A stretch of DNA of 63,998 nucleotides, filler included, from Olpidium bornovanus S191 (GCA_017911155.1; 32 parts of 32 records of this genome joined end to end with filler, not necessarily neighbours in it); one strand, 5' to 3'. Counted from the first letter of the whole stretch, positions 22,880-35,849 are shown. Notes: a model not told the origin generated them from the sequence alone. Translations and numbers: made by a program.

Positions 22880-25800
22880 GCCTGCTTGCGTGATTGATCG
22901 GGTTTTTGGCGAGGAGTGGTGCGCCGTGGTTGTCCTCCCGGATGTCAACCGTCCCAAGTCCTTCAAGCTTCCCCCAGCTAGTGAGACCAAACCGCCTCCT
23001 TGGCCACTTTCCGCCAGCGCAATGTACTCCGATTCGGTGGTAGAATGTTGCCACCCCCTCCTGTCGACGGCTTTTCTAGGTGACCGCCCCTCCCCGCCAC
23101 GGTAAAAACATTTCCACTAATAGAGCACCTCGTCTCCAAGCACTCGGCGTAGTCCTCATCGCAGAAGCCCTGCACCCAGAGCCCGTTTCCTCCTTTTTAC
23201 CTTTCGTGCACGTCAGACACATGTCTGCTAATTTCCCTTCAAGTAGCGCACCACGCAAAGCGCCCAGCCGTCCAGTTCCAGAGGTCATGGAGCGACCTGC
23301 CCAGGTGGACCCCCACCGCGAAGGCGATATCCGGGCGAGTACGCATGGCGATGAAATGGACCGTTCCCACACGTTTCTTGATACCCGGGTGACGTCCGCG
23401 AATTGGTTCCCTCAGTCCCGCGCCTTCCCTGCGACGCCGCCGGGGGCGGTGACGCTCTTGGCCTCGGACAAGCCGTAGCGCGCGACAACTGTCCGGATGT
23501 ACGCCGTTTGGTCCAGCTCGATCGTTCCAGCCTCGCTGTTTCTCGTGACGTGTAAGCCTGAGCTTGTACGCGCTCCACGAGAGTGCCATTGAACTTCTCA
23601 GCCATCCCGTTTTTGCGGGCAGAATCCCGGACGGCCGTGTAGTGCTGGGTTCCCCCTTCGCCGAAGATCCCGTTCCCACTCCTCGCTGCAGTATTCGCCT
23701 TCACTGTCAGTTTGGAGGATCTTGATCCCGTCACCGTCGACTTCTTGTCCTGCGGCGTACTCAACGAACTTCAAATAGCTGTCCTTTTTTTTCTGGAGGG
23801 GAAAGACGCGCACATAGCGCGTATACTTGTCCACGAAGGTTATTGCGTACCGTGGCCCCCCAAGAGAGTGCACTGGGAACGTCATGAGGTCCGAGTGTAC
23901 CTTTTCCACGGAAGCTTTTTCCGGGGCCCTCTTCCTTCTCTTGGGAGCCCGTGATTTACTTGACTTTGCTTGAAGACACATCTTGCAAACAAAGCTTTGT
24001 TCCGCCCAGGCCAATCGCAGCCCGGAAAGCAGGCTCTCCCACATGCCCAAGTCTGGCATGCCAGAGTTCCCTCCCAGTCGCTGTCCCGGGCGCGCGCGCG
24101 CAGCAGACGATAGGTTCCGTGTTGTCTGTGTCGAGCGCATGGATGTTGTAGGGCTGATGTGATCCCTGGGCAAAGTTGCCGGCCTCCCTCCCACAGGTAG
24201 CAATTCCTGCCTTCAAACGACATGGTACCGCCTTTGGCCATCATGCACCCCACTAACAGCAGGTTTCTGGTAATTCCCGGGAAGACGTAGATGTTACGAA
24301 TGGTCAGCGCATCCCCGCTCAGGTGTCTCAATTGCAGAGCACCTTTCACTGTGACTTCAGCACGGCGTTGTTTTCCACGCGTCCGGTTTTGGCTTTTTTT
24401 TTTTTTTTTTTTTGGATTCCTGCAAGTCGCTTGCCTGCCTTGCGATGCGATGAGATGTACACCTGTCGAGGAACCATTCCGTTGCGCAAGCTTGACCCTC
24501 GGCGTAGAGCACCACGCCCACTTTTTCTCCACTGAATCTCGTCCTCCACCAAACCGGCGGTATGTCCTGCAGAGTTGACGACGCCATGACCCGTGACGTT
24601 CTGGTTGGATCCTTTGCCGCTTGCCCTTGGCCTGCCTCTCTTCCCGTTTTCCCGTGGTCCGCGGCATTCGGAGAAGGAATGCCCCTTTTTTTACCACAAC
24701 TGTAACGCTTTCAGGTTTTTCCTCTTTTCGCGGGCGGCGTCCCCCCACACTTCCCTTCTTTGCGGTTCCGCTCTTGGCGCTTTTTTTGCTGGCGTGCTTG
24801 CCCGTGTCCAGCCGTCACCAGTGCGTTTTTTTGTCGTCGGAAGCGTCTTCTCGCCGACAGCGGCAAATCAGCTTCTGTAAGCACCGCCGCGGCCTCGCGT
24901 AACGAAAAAAGGGGTGGACCACCTCGTAACAAGTGAAGCGCGCAATCTGCGTGCAGCGCGAACTGGAGATTTGCATTCACAGGTCTGGCTCTGGATCTGG
25001 ATCTGGTTCCAGAAATGTCTGGGGAATCTATGGCGTGTGGGCGCGCTTTAGACTAGGGGAGGTGCAGCCTGCGGCCGACGCCGGCACGCGCGCGCGCGCG
25101 CGCGCAGCGGTGTAATCTATGCAGTGCTTCTATCCAGGTCACGTACCGCAAGTGCAACATCGAGTATTGCGGAGATGGGTACTGGCGGCTGGTCCGGAAA
25201 TATTCCGAGAGGTGCAGCGTGGGAAAATTTGCCAATAATATGGCTCCCCATGGATGCTGGTGCACACTGTAACACCATCTTGGTTCTTGGATCTTTGTTT
25301 GGGTCTAGGTCACGTGTCCAGGCAGCTAGACACACTGCGGGATGAGACGGCTTGGTGATCGACGTGACTCGCGCGGCGGGTGCACTCGGCGGGGCTGCTT
25401 GACTTGGGAGCAGATCTGAAGGATGACGTCACGTGACTTGCGGGGGTGCCCTCGAGCACTCGTAAAGCCGAAATCATGACATCACGTGACTTGCGCATCC
25501 GGCGCACTCGGTGCGGCCGCTCTAAAGGCGCAAACCATGACGTCACGTAATCTTTGTGACGCCCGGCATCTTGGCAGAAGAACGGTTTGACGGCTCCGCC
25601 GTGACACGCCTCTTGGTTTCCGGGGTCCCGCCCGAGCGCGAATTTTGAGCGTGTCGATCATAGTACGAAAAATCGACAATGCAACCCATAAGGCACGATG
25701 TCTCTCATTTTGCCTTCTCAATATACCCGAGCCCCCGCTTTTCGAGGGCCCCGGAGTTGCTCGACTTGGACCTTGATCCTGAAGAATAAATGGTCAAAGC

Positions 25801-26150
25801 TCTCGCTTTCTTCCATCCGGGTGGAATACAATGCGCCTTCAGGTCAAGTCGCGCGCCCTGGCCATACGTCCTCAAAGGGTGTTGTGAGTGACTGACATGC
25901 CCTCACTGCCGTATCGCACTTTTCGATAAGGTGCTTTTTACAAGTCGGTCACATTGATGTAGATTTCGCCGTAAGCTTCATCATTCGCGCAGTCCCAAAT
26001 TTCGGCAGCTGTTGCGGGAGAGGGTGGTCTTCGCGTTCGCGTCTCTCCCGTCACGACCCGCCATAGGCGTCGCCTCATGAGGACAAATTTGCTTTCCAGG
26101 ACGCCCAATTGGTTCATACACGAATGATCCCTGTTGGATACTAGTTCACG
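22880..26150 (-). mobile_element. Degenerate Ty1/copia LTR retrotransposon (gag, protease, integrase, RT C-terminus, RNase H) with frameshifts, stops and a large deletion
   Basis: Gag N-terminus LWRVVTGE...WDCANDEAYG (~26050) and UBN2-like LYSTRMEESESFDHLFFRIKVQVEQL (~25800). Protease WFLDRCTSH (~24500). Pre-integrase LWHARLGH. Integrase VHSDL...FVDKYTRY...LQTDSEGEY...NGMAE. RT MRTRPDIAFAV. RNase H GFCDEDYA, AESEYIAL, IREDNHGA...KNP...RHI. Confidence 0.92.
25356..25555. repeat. Degenerate tandem array (3-4 units of about 53-68 nt), each carrying TGAC(G/A)TCACGTGAC
   Basis: tgacgtcacgtgacttgcg (25424), tgacatcacgtgacttgcg (25477), tgacgtcacgtaatc (25538) and a weaker unit at 25356. Spacers share gcactcg, and two of them share taaag.cg.aaa.ca. 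Confidence 0.75.
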
Positions 26151-26295
26151 AATCGGTCCGGAAGAAAATGCAGAGGCCGGCTGGGTGTCGCACGANNNNN
26201 NNNNNNNNNNNNNNNNNNNNNNNNNNNNNNNNNNNNNNNTTAATTAATTAANNNNNNNNNNNNNNNNNNNNNNNNNNNNNNNNNNNNNNNNNNNN

Positions 26296-27435
26296 CATGA
26301 CGGCGCCGGCGCCGCCGCCTGCTTTATCGTCGACCCCGACGCCAGGTACGAGTTGACGGCTTCGGTCGCTTTCGACAGGCAGCTGTGCGAGTACTTGTGC
26401 AGGACGACGGTCGAAGCGGACGCCAGCGCGCTTTCCAGCTCGCAGATGTAGGGAAAGCATTGCTGCAGCGCTTGAAGGGACTGTGCCGGCGGGCCATTCG
26501 ATATCGGGGGGTTTTTTTTTTTTTTTTTGCAAACCGCTTAGAGAGGCCTGAACGCGAGAACGGGAGGGGAAAAGTGCAAACAAAAAAAAACGACGAAAGC
26601 TCCGCTTTCGGGCGGGTGACGGAAATAATGGGGGAAAAAATGGAAAAAGAAAGAAAATAAGAAGAAAAAAAAAAGAAGCTACCCACCGGCTGCGGCAACC
26701 CCAGTATGTGCACCGCGAGGTGTAAGGCGCACTTCGCCAGCACGGACGCGGGCCAGGCGACGTACTGCCTGTGGAAGCACGCCACCTCGGCGATAAGCCG
26801 CGCGACGTTGTGCACCCGTTTCCTGCCCTCCGGCGTGAACCCCCAGCGGCAGTGGCCGCGCCATCCCGAGTCGTCGGACTTCGCCATCTTCCCGTCGCCC
26901 TTGGCCAGGAAGTACTTCATCCACGCCTCCTGGGTCGGGTATCCGAGGTCGAAACGGAGAAAATGGACGACGTGGGCCTCCATCGACACGAACTCCTTCT
27001 CCGCGTAAGAGCTTTGGCACATGAACCAGAGGTCGTGCACGGTGGGCACGTTGTCCTTCACGTCTTCGTACTTGGCCGCAGCCCACAGACACACCATGCC
27101 CAACAGCTGGTAGTGTATGCGGCGCACGATCCGGCGGGGGAGATAGCGGTCCATGATGTTCACGGTGAGGAAGAACGTCTCCGGCCGCAGTCGGCATTGC
27201 GAGTGGACCTGCACCAAGAAGTCGAGCAGTACCCGCCGCATGTCCCAGGTGATCTCCGGCTGCATGTCCATGTGCGCCACAATAGGATAGGACTTGGCCT
27301 GTTCCAATCGCCCCCCACCCCCGCCCCCAACCCGAGATTCCGACCGTTAGGAACGGGGGTTCTGCAAAGAGAGGAAACCGGCCTGCGAGGGGAGGCGCAG
27401 AACGGGGGTTTTTTTCTACCTCCAGCTGGAACATG
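26296..27435 (-). CDS. Fungal G1-type cyclin (Puc1/Cln-like), partial
   Basis: Cyclin box MDMQPEITWDMRRVLLDFL...ETFFLTVNIMDRY...YQLLGMVCLWAAAKYEDVKDNVPT, then a spliced C-terminal exon LESALASASTVVLHKYS. Confidence 0.92.
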
Positions 27436-27878
27436 NNNNNNNNNNNNNNNNNNNNNNNNNNNNNNNNNNNNNNNNNNNNTTAATTAATTAANNNNNNNNN
27501 NNNNNNNNNNNNNNNNNNNNNNNNNNNNNNNNNNNCATGAGACCTATCGCATTCCTCCTCAATCTCCCGCACGTGCAATGATTTACGTAATACCACGGCG
27601 TGAGCTGGCAGTATCAGCAAATTCAGGAGCAATTGCGCCTGTCAAATGAATGGTCGAAGAATTTGTTTAGAAGATAGCAAGGTCTGGCGCACGTTGAGAT
27701 GGACGGACGACCGGCAAGGCGATACTTCCCACTGGTTCCGCAACGCGGTTTGTTTTGTACATACAACTAAGTGTCTCTCTATGTTGACGGAATAAGGCGG
27801 TCTTCGCGTTTCGTCACTTGCGGCTGCAGTGTCTATCAGCGGTAAAAACCCGGAGGGAAAGGTCAACTTGGGTTCAGA

Positions 27879-28544
27879 TCAGCGGCCGCCGCAAAAAAAA
27901 AAATAATTCGCATTAAGGCAATAGATAGTCGCGCGCCGTGTGTATAGATACAGAACACCCAAGAAGGTCCGCCTAGGGCGCCCCGCAAATGCCGCGGGTA
28001 AGAAGGGGAGAGAGCCACAGACCTGCTGTTGCTGCCCTTTCTGCACGTTCACTTCGGCCTCGTAGGCGAGCAAGGCCTGCTCTTTATCAACCTCCAGGGC
28101 GAGCGGGAACGCCAGGAGAAGAGCAGACGTGGCAATAACCCACGCAGCCTTTCCGAGGACGGAAGTGGACCAGGTTGTCCACGAGTAGGCCTTGTAGAAC
28201 CTGCTGACCATGGCTGCGCGTTTCGAGGCGGGGATCATGTCTTTGAGAGCGAGGATGCGGTCTAGGAGCGACTCGTCCAAGTCGACGTATTCGTCGTCGT
28301 CATCGTCGTCGTCGTCGTCGCCGTCTTCGTCGCCACGGGACCGAACCAGCGGACCAGGACTCTTCCCAGCGGCCGCCGTCCGGCGGCGTGCCTTGGCGGT
28401 TGACGTGGCCCTCCGTGCGTGGCCGTGCTCGCCGTCCGAATGGCCGGACAGGCTGCTGTAGTCCTCTGTGCTCTCGCCGTCCACCGCCGTCGACTGGTCC
28501 CGCTCCTCCTCGCTCTCCAGCACAACCTTCTCAACCTTTACCAT
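27879..28544 (-). CDS. TOM22: Mitochondrial import receptor Tom22 (main exon 28022-28544; last exon probably starts near 27866)
   Basis: Acidic N-terminus, DESLLDRILALKDMIP, TM segment GKAAWVIATSALLLAFPLALEVDKEQ, then a GT donor. Confidence 0.93.
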   Translation of the reverse strand: MVKVEKVVLESEEERDQSTAVDGESTEDYSSLSGHSDGEHGHARRATSTAKARRRTAAAGKSPGPLVRSRGDEDGDDDDDDDDDEYVDLDESLLDRILALKDMIPASKRAAMVSRFYKAYSWTTWSTSVLGKAAWVIATSALLLAFPLALEVDKEQALLAYEAEVNVQKGQQQQVCGSLPFLPAAFAGRPRRTFLGVLYLYTRRATIYCLNANYFFFCGGR

Positions 28545-31500
28545 GGCCGCAGACGAGTTTCGATGAGGGCGTGTGTGAAGTGGGGGAAGGGGAAGCGCGG
28601 GGCAAGTTGGAATCAGAAGAGAGTAAATCGCGAAGGTTCAAGCTGAGCCTCAATTTCTCCGCTGAACAGCTTTGTCACAACATCTGGGGAGAACTCACCC
28701 GGGAGGCAGTTCCCGGAATTGATTACCGTTGATGACGGTACGGGATTCGCAGCCATTATACGCAGCTGAAATTTGTTTGCATCGTTGAGCGGTCCGCTGC
28801 CGCACTGCCAGCGCCAGCCATTTTAAAAGCACCACTCTCTCTGTTGGCGGCCATATTTCCAGTTCTGCTGCATCACGTTTCGTATACATTTAAGTAATGG
28901 TACACCATCCTCAGAGAGCTTACGCAAAACACAATCGTAAATGGGTCGTGTCCCAGTCGATCTCAGTGCCGTCAATGACACCAGCTGATCCATCGATCCA
29001 ATGGCAGTCAGTAATTATCTCGCGTGGGTTCGCGGAGGCAATGGTCGATGAGGAGTGGGATAGCAGCATTGGGGAGCTATCGTGAGCGTCGTCGTCTGGT
29101 GGTTGCGAGAGCGCGTTTGTTTTGGTTTGTCTGGNNNNNNNNNNNNNNNNNNNNNNNNNNNNNNNNNNNNNNNNNNNNTTAATTAATTAANNNNNNNNNN
29201 NNNNNNNNNNNNNNNNNNNNNNNNNNNNNNNNNNAGAAGAACTCCGTTTAATGTCGGTTTTTTTGGAGGGAGGGGCCCAATTCGTCTCCGTCGATCCATC
29301 CAGGGACGCCGACCGGCCGGTGCGCTCCAGGCTGAAGGCTAGCTTAAAAAACATGTTAGCCAAGAATCGGGACGGGTCGGCTCGACGGCCCGGTTGCAGC
29401 GGGGTGACTTCGCGAACTGGGGATCATAGGGCGGGGAATCGGAGGTACGAGAGGCTCGCCAGGGATTTAGGATTCTTTTACTGAACGGGCAAACAGAGAG
29501 ATTGGCGGCGGAATGTGCCCGTTCGTTTTGTCGAGCGGAGAAACGAGCGCGCAGGAATGGGGATCCTTTGGAAAGGGGAGCAGTGAAGAGGATCGGAAAT
29601 TGGGCAGAGCGGCGGCGGTGGACAGAGCGACGTCGCGCGAACTCATACAACCTCCTAGCGCCGACGGCGGTAGCTGGCGTAGCGGGGACTCAAGGCCATG
29701 AGTTTCCGGGACGCCTCGGGAAAGTGCGGACGGGGCCGCCCAGTCCGTCATGCCTTCCACGTACACCCGCATATCGCTCTGATGCTCATGTTGGTCTGCC
29801 CCGCGTCGGAGCCTGCCCCTCTTACGCCGACCGGAAACCTCTCACCCGCTACCCCACCACAACCGGCAGCCGCCCCCCCGTCCCGCCGGCGCTGCTTGCC
29901 GATCCTCCCCTTCCCCTCTCTCCCGCCCCGCCCCCCCCCCATTACATTTTACGCAAATTCGACATCCGCGGCGAGCTCGACCATTCTCATCCTCACTGAC
30001 TGAAGAGCAAGCGATATTTTAAAAGGCCAATCTGATTGATACAAGTTGTACATTAGATCGTAAAGGAGTAGATTGGATGTTTTGGGGAACGTGCGAGGGA
30101 ATTTGGTTCTATATTAATGTTTTGTAGGGGATATAAACGGGGATAAAAAAAGTCTCGGTTTCGGGGAGGGCTAAATACCCCTAAATATATTGATTCGGGA
30201 TGTGAGGGAGTGGAGCGGAAACAGAGGGAAAAGGGAAGAGGGATTTTTTATGCGGAGAGGATTGAGGGCCGAGGGGAGAGGAGGCAGGAGGAAGGAGGGA
30301 GAGGAGGGAGAAGAGAGGTGGAGAGAGGCGGAGGGAGAGGAGACGGAGTGGGAGTGCATGGGGGAGGGAGGGAAGGGGAAGGGGAGCCGGACAAACCCAA
30401 CGAGATCCTACGTGCGGGGCGGGGGCGGGAGTGCGCTTTCCAACCGGCTCATCCGGTGGAGGGGGGAGCGCCCGGCGGCGGCAGTTGCGCGTACCTCGGT
30501 GGCCCTGGCCTTCCAAAGGCCGCCCGGCGGTTCCAGCCGGCATTCGCCCTTGCCCCGAGGTGCCNNNNNNNNNNNNNNNNNNNNNNNNNNNNNNNNNNNN
30601 NNNNNNNNTTAATTAATTAANNNNNNNNNNNNNNNNNNNNNNNNNNNNNNNNNNNNNNNNNNNNCATGTCCGACGCTAAAAAATTCACCGTCGCGACCGC
30701 CAAGTTCGCCAGCAGCAGCGGCGGCGTTCTGGTTATCACATAAGAGCGAACTGAAAGCTGGCTTTATCCCTCCAATCGGCAATGATCTGCACCTGGGGCG
30801 CCCTCAAAGAGGCGGTCCACGCTCAATGGTTCTTGGGTGATTATGACCTTTGAGTTCGTGAAAGACTTAGGAAGTGCACCCAGAAGAGCTGCGGGAAAGC
30901 CCGCACAGAAGTACAATGACACGTTCAAGACTCTCAAGACGCATATTGTTGGCAGCAACAAAGCGAATCCCGCGATTCCTCGCGGGAACCCGCTCCTTTG
31001 GGGACTCTCTCCCTGCCGACCCCACAGACACCGATCCGCACGCTCGCGTTGGTTCGCGAGCGTTCGTGGACACGGAATCGCACGCTCTTCCTTAATCGTT
31101 ACTCGTTATTTTGTTACCGTTACAAAATGCGTCTCCTGCCCTTTATCGTCCCTTCTTTATCGTCTCCCCCACTGCAAACGTCCCAATTTCCGCTGCGTAA
31201 TTTTCCCGCTCTGACGGGGTGCGGGCTCAAGTGAATTAATTGATTGCGAGCCACGCGACCGCAAGTACTCCCCCAGGCTGAAGTCTGCCAACATTTTGTC
31301 CTACTCCTACACCTTCTTATATCCCATTTATTCCCCGTATGCACACCGCGCCGCCCGTCTCCTTCAAGCGGTGTATGCGCTCAGGCAGCAGCAATTGCTC
31401 GAGAGGTGTGTATTTCGTGGTTCAACGCGGGGCTTAACGATTTTGTTTATTTTTTTTTTTTTTTGTCGCACGGGAAAAACGCCTCCCCATTCCCTCCCGC

Positions 31501-31772
31501 CCGCCCGTCCTCCTGGCCATTCCGCGTTTCCCACCTCCCCTCCCATCCCCCATGTGCGTTTTCTTCTGTCCTCCTGTGAGGGGTTGGGCGCGTGCGCGCC
31601 TGTGCGAAAAAAAAAAAAAAAAAAAGTCACAACTGCCTCTTACCGCAACGCCGGCGCCCGGCGAGGGGGAANNNNNNNNNNNNNNNNNNNNNNNNNNNNN
31701 NNNNNNNNNNNNNNNTTAATTAATTAANNNNNNNNNNNNNNNNNNNNNNNNNNNNNNNNNNNNNNNNNNNNC

Positions 31773-32867
31773 ATGTTAGCCAACCTTGCGGCCGCCGGCG
31801 CTCACCGGGAACCCGGAGAACGGTCGCCGCCACACGGTTCGCGGAGGTCGTCTCCGGCTAGAATGGATTCCGGCCGCAGCGACCTATCATCGCCGCACGC
31901 CGGCAGCTCGCCATCTACCAGGACCCGAGAAAACAGCTCGACGCGTCGGCAGGAAGAGCTCCCTTGTCCTTCGTCGCGCGAATCTCCCAGGAGACCGCCC
32001 GAGACGCCTTCTCGGGATAAAGAACGAGAACGAGAAAAGGACCGGGAAAAAGAGCGGGAAAGGGAACGTGGTGATCGGGAAAGGGAAAAGGAGCGGGATC
32101 GCGATAGGGAAAAGGAGCGCGACTTGGAGAAACAGCGGGAGCGCGAGAAGGAGCGAGAACGCGATAAAGAGCGCGAACGTCAGAAGGACCGAGACCGCGA
32201 GAGGGACAAGGAGGTCAGGGAAGCAGAGCGAGACCGCGGGCCGAGGGAGAGACACGGGGAAAGAGAGCTCAGGGAAAGGGAAAGAGACCGGGATAGGGAA
32301 CGCGAGGGCTACCGCGACAGAGACAACGATAGAGAACGTGAGACCGACAGAGAGAGGGACAGAGAGAAGGAGCGGGACCGCGAAATCCACAGGGATTCAT
32401 ACCGCGAGGGCCACAGGGAAAGAGAACGGGAAAGGGACTCCCACCGCGACAGAGACCGAAACGAACGCGACGGCCGGAGAATGAACCATCGCGCAAGTAG
32501 CACGTCTAGCAGAGATGCACCCCGACGGAGTGACCAGGAACACGGACCATCCGGGTTGTCTGTGACAACGGTATCCGCCGGAGCACCCGCGGGGGGCACG
32601 AACGGGGCCAGTGATGCGCCATCGGCCTCTTCGAGCCCGCCGAAACCGGAAAACATCCGGCAGTCTATCCGGGACCGCCTCGGCGAAAAGGTGGCACCGG
32701 CACCGTCGTCGTTTTCTTCGAGTAGCGCGCCATCTCAACCGAATTCCATGACGCACCCGCTCCCTGCGAAACCCAACGGTCCCTCCGGGTCGGGTTCTGC
32801 TGCCGCCGCCGCCGCCGCCGCCGCCGCTTCCGTCTCCGGAACATCTGACGCGCGGAGGAGCGACCGC
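31773..32867 (+). CDS. Fragment of an RE/RD-rich low-complexity protein (probable nuclear RNA-processing factor)
   Basis: About 365 codons open to the contig end, with a ~130-aa alternating-charge RE/RD tract using varied codons, followed by IRDRLG and HPLPAKP motifs. Family not determined. Confidence 0.7.
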
Positions 32868-34007
32868 NNNNNNNNNNNNNNNNNNNNNNNNNNNNNNNNN
32901 NNNNNNNNNNNTTAATTAATTAANNNNNNNNNNNNNNNNNNNNNNNNNNNNNNNNNNNNNNNNNNNNAAGCTCGTCACATTTTTAAATAAAACCGCGCAC
33001 CTGCGCTTTTGGCGGTCACAAAAGGGTGTCCTGGATGGTGGGTCAAAGCACTACCAGTTATTATATGAAAATCAGTAGGGAGCATGTAGGGCAAACCTTA
33101 GCAAGCCCGTCGGTGACGGCTTCGCTTTCAGTCTTTTCGGATCTGGCCAGTGGCCAGAACTTCGTGGCCACTGCTTTGAAGGTTTGCATAGAGGTCTTTA
33201 TATGGCGACTAATTTTGCAATAAATGCCAGTTAACATCTAGGTCCTGGCCTTCAATATAGCGATCCTCACGCGCGCCTTGCGCTTTGTCTTGCCCACGCT
33301 CGCAACTTGCCGGAGTCCATGTAATGGAAACCTAACCAAATTTTGCACGCCAGAGTAAGCAATGTTGACGGGCCACTAACCGACGTTCGCGGTGTTTGGC
33401 GTGCCCGTGTTCCATGCACAGCGGGAAACGAGGGGTGCCCGAAGGGTAAAGCGGGGCCGGCGGGAAAATCATCAAGCCCGAAGTACCTGCGCATCGGGAC
33501 GCAGGAGAGTCGCTTGAGCAGGAACCGTCGTCGCCAACCGGTAATATTCGGAGTAGTGTTTGGCAAAACCAAGTTCTGGACCTGCTGTTTTTTCTTTCCA
33601 GCTGGTTAGGTTCGACACCGCCTGTTTATCGTGGTTTGACTGACCAGATGGGCTGCGGGCGCGGCCGGCCGGACGATCGCGTTTACATCGGGACGTCCGC
33701 GCGACCCTGACACGAAGTCGAGAAAGAAAAGGCGTCTGCAGGGCTCCAGCTAGAGACGGATGACCTCGCGCTGAGTCTCGACGAGTCGATGTGTTTTGGA
33801 CCCGTCTGCGGCAACCGTCTTCGATCCGGAGACCTTTCGCGTTTCGTCCTCGGTGTCATCCGGCGACCCGACCTCGCTTCGATTCTGCTCACCTCGTCGA
33901 CGTGATCAGAAAATTCGGGATTCTTGTCCGCGAGATGGCAGAGTCATCTTGGTGTCGGATCCGAACCGCTCGTGATGTTCAGCGGCAATCAGGTCCCGCG
34001 AGGTCAT

Positions 34008-34136
34008 CGGATGACAGGATGCCGACCGGACACCGAAGACACCCCACAGGAACACCGAAGGCACCCCGCACAAATATCAGAACACCTCGCGCGGATGACA
34101 GGATGCCGACCAACAACACGAACACCCCGCACAAAT
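34008..34136. repeat. Degenerate tandem duplication with internal gaacacc sub-repeats
   Basis: cggatgacaggatgccgacc at 34008 and 34092; caccccgcacaaat at 34062 and 34123. Confidence 0.75.
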
Positions 34137-34418
34137 GTCCTGACGTCTTCCGGCCGAACACCAAACGTACTCTGCAAAAATATATCGAACACATCGCAGG
34201 GACATCAGAGCACCCTGCGTAGAGTACATTCTATTTTTCTTCCAGGCGGAGCCGCTGTTTTGCCATATCCGTCTGCCGTGCCATCCCCCGGTGGGTTGTC
34301 GCCATTCGACCGGCCAGGNNNNNNNNNNNNNNNNNNNNNNNNNNNNNNNNNNNNNNNNNNNNTTAATTAATTAANNNNNNNNNNNNNNNNNNNNNNNNNN
34401 NNNNNNNNNNNNNNNNNN

Positions 34419-35849
34419 CATGGCAGAAGTACGAGTCATTGTCGGCCTTGGCGTGCACGACAGTCGAGCCGGCAAACAGCGTGTTGTTCTTGTGCTTCTC
34501 GGGGGTGTACGCGTCACCCGGTGTCTCCAGGTACGGGATGCGGTATTTGGGAACTGGGTGGGATTCGCCGGTGAGCGAGGACTCGTTGACAACGGCCTCG
34601 CCGGACACGATAGCCATATCCGCCACAACGGGCTTCGTGCTTTCCACCACAACTAAGTCGCCGAGTACAAGCTCGCAAGCAGGAATGGAGACGAGGTTGC
34701 CCTTGCCGCGGAACACCTTCACAGACGCTTCGCACTTCATCAGTCCGCGGAGCTTCCGCTCGCTGTGTTTGGCGCTGTATAGCTCCCAAGCGATAGAAAG
34801 AGCCGACATAACGAGGATCATCCCGGCATCTGAAATGGACAAGACTCGAGTCAACCCGATTCGGAGGGGAGCGGCCGTCACAGCACTCAATGCTTCCAAG
34901 TGACTTACAGAGCTCATAATCCACGAAGAACCACAGAAAACAGCTGAATACTTGGAACAAGTAAAAAGGGTGCGCCACCTTATGGAGCAGCTAAGGCCCT
35001 CCACTGTCTTAGACAGATCCATAACGGAGACCCCTTGGCAAAGATAAAACATTCCTCTCGACCATACCATAACAAGGACGTTGGCATTGGGTATATCAAC
35101 CGCATTCGGCCCGTGCGCTCGCAGTAACGCCTGGGCATACGGCAGCGGCAATCCGCCGGTCACGCCAGCCGCGTATATGTTGGCCAACGGCTCGCGAAGC
35201 TTCCACAACTCGCGCTCGTACATGCCGGTCACAGGACTGAAAACGTATCTGTCGAGGGTCACGTCGACAGGTCAGCTGCTTGGCCGAACAAAGTCATACC
35301 TACCAAACGGGCATCTCGGGATACGGCAACACGCCCTAAAGAGAACAAAATAAAACGTCGCGCTGACCTGTTTTTCTTGTACTCAAAATACTTCAGCACG
35401 CCTTTTCCGTGGGCGGGCTTCACCACATGTATCTTGCACTCGCCGAACTTGCCGTCTTCGCCTTTCACAAGCGCATAGTCGGCGGACTCGGGGTCGGCCA
35501 CCGTTTTCCTGGCCACACGAGTGAAGCACTGAATCCACCTGCAAGTTCAACAGCCGCGAGACCGGGAGACCGGGGTCACGAAGGAGACAAGGGACGCGGT
35601 AAATGGTGAGAAAGCGCGTTTTACGCGAGCGCGCACTCTGCACGACAGAGCGCGCTTCGACGGGGGCGGGGGTTAAGGCACGAACCAGGAGGAAGCGACG
35701 AGCAGGGCCAACGCCGAGCACACGGCCAGGAAAACATAAAGGGCCATCCTGGCGGCAGAGCGGCAGTAGTACTCGACGGACGCGAATTCGGGGCTCTCCC
35801 GGACCGGCCTGGACAGGCAGTGGACATTCTTCTTCTCGTCCACCGTCAT
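34419..35849 (-). CDS. P5B-type ATPase (Ypk9/ATP13A family), N-terminal part
   Basis: P5-ATPase N-domain (YFEYKK, RYVFSP), LRAHGPNAVDIP, HPFYLFQVFSCFLW, ELVLGDLV...ADMAIVSGEAVVNESSLTGESHPVPK, and NTLFAGST. Confidence 0.88.

Noticed and set aside
29235-31671. Short coding-like stretches (e.g. YILRKFDIRGELDH, ANILSYSYTFLYPIYSPY)
   Set aside because: I could not build a consistent gene model or assign a family.
31887-32390. Very hydrophobic 167-aa ORF that looks like a membrane protein
   Set aside because: It is the antisense shadow of the RE/RD-coding purine-rich strand.
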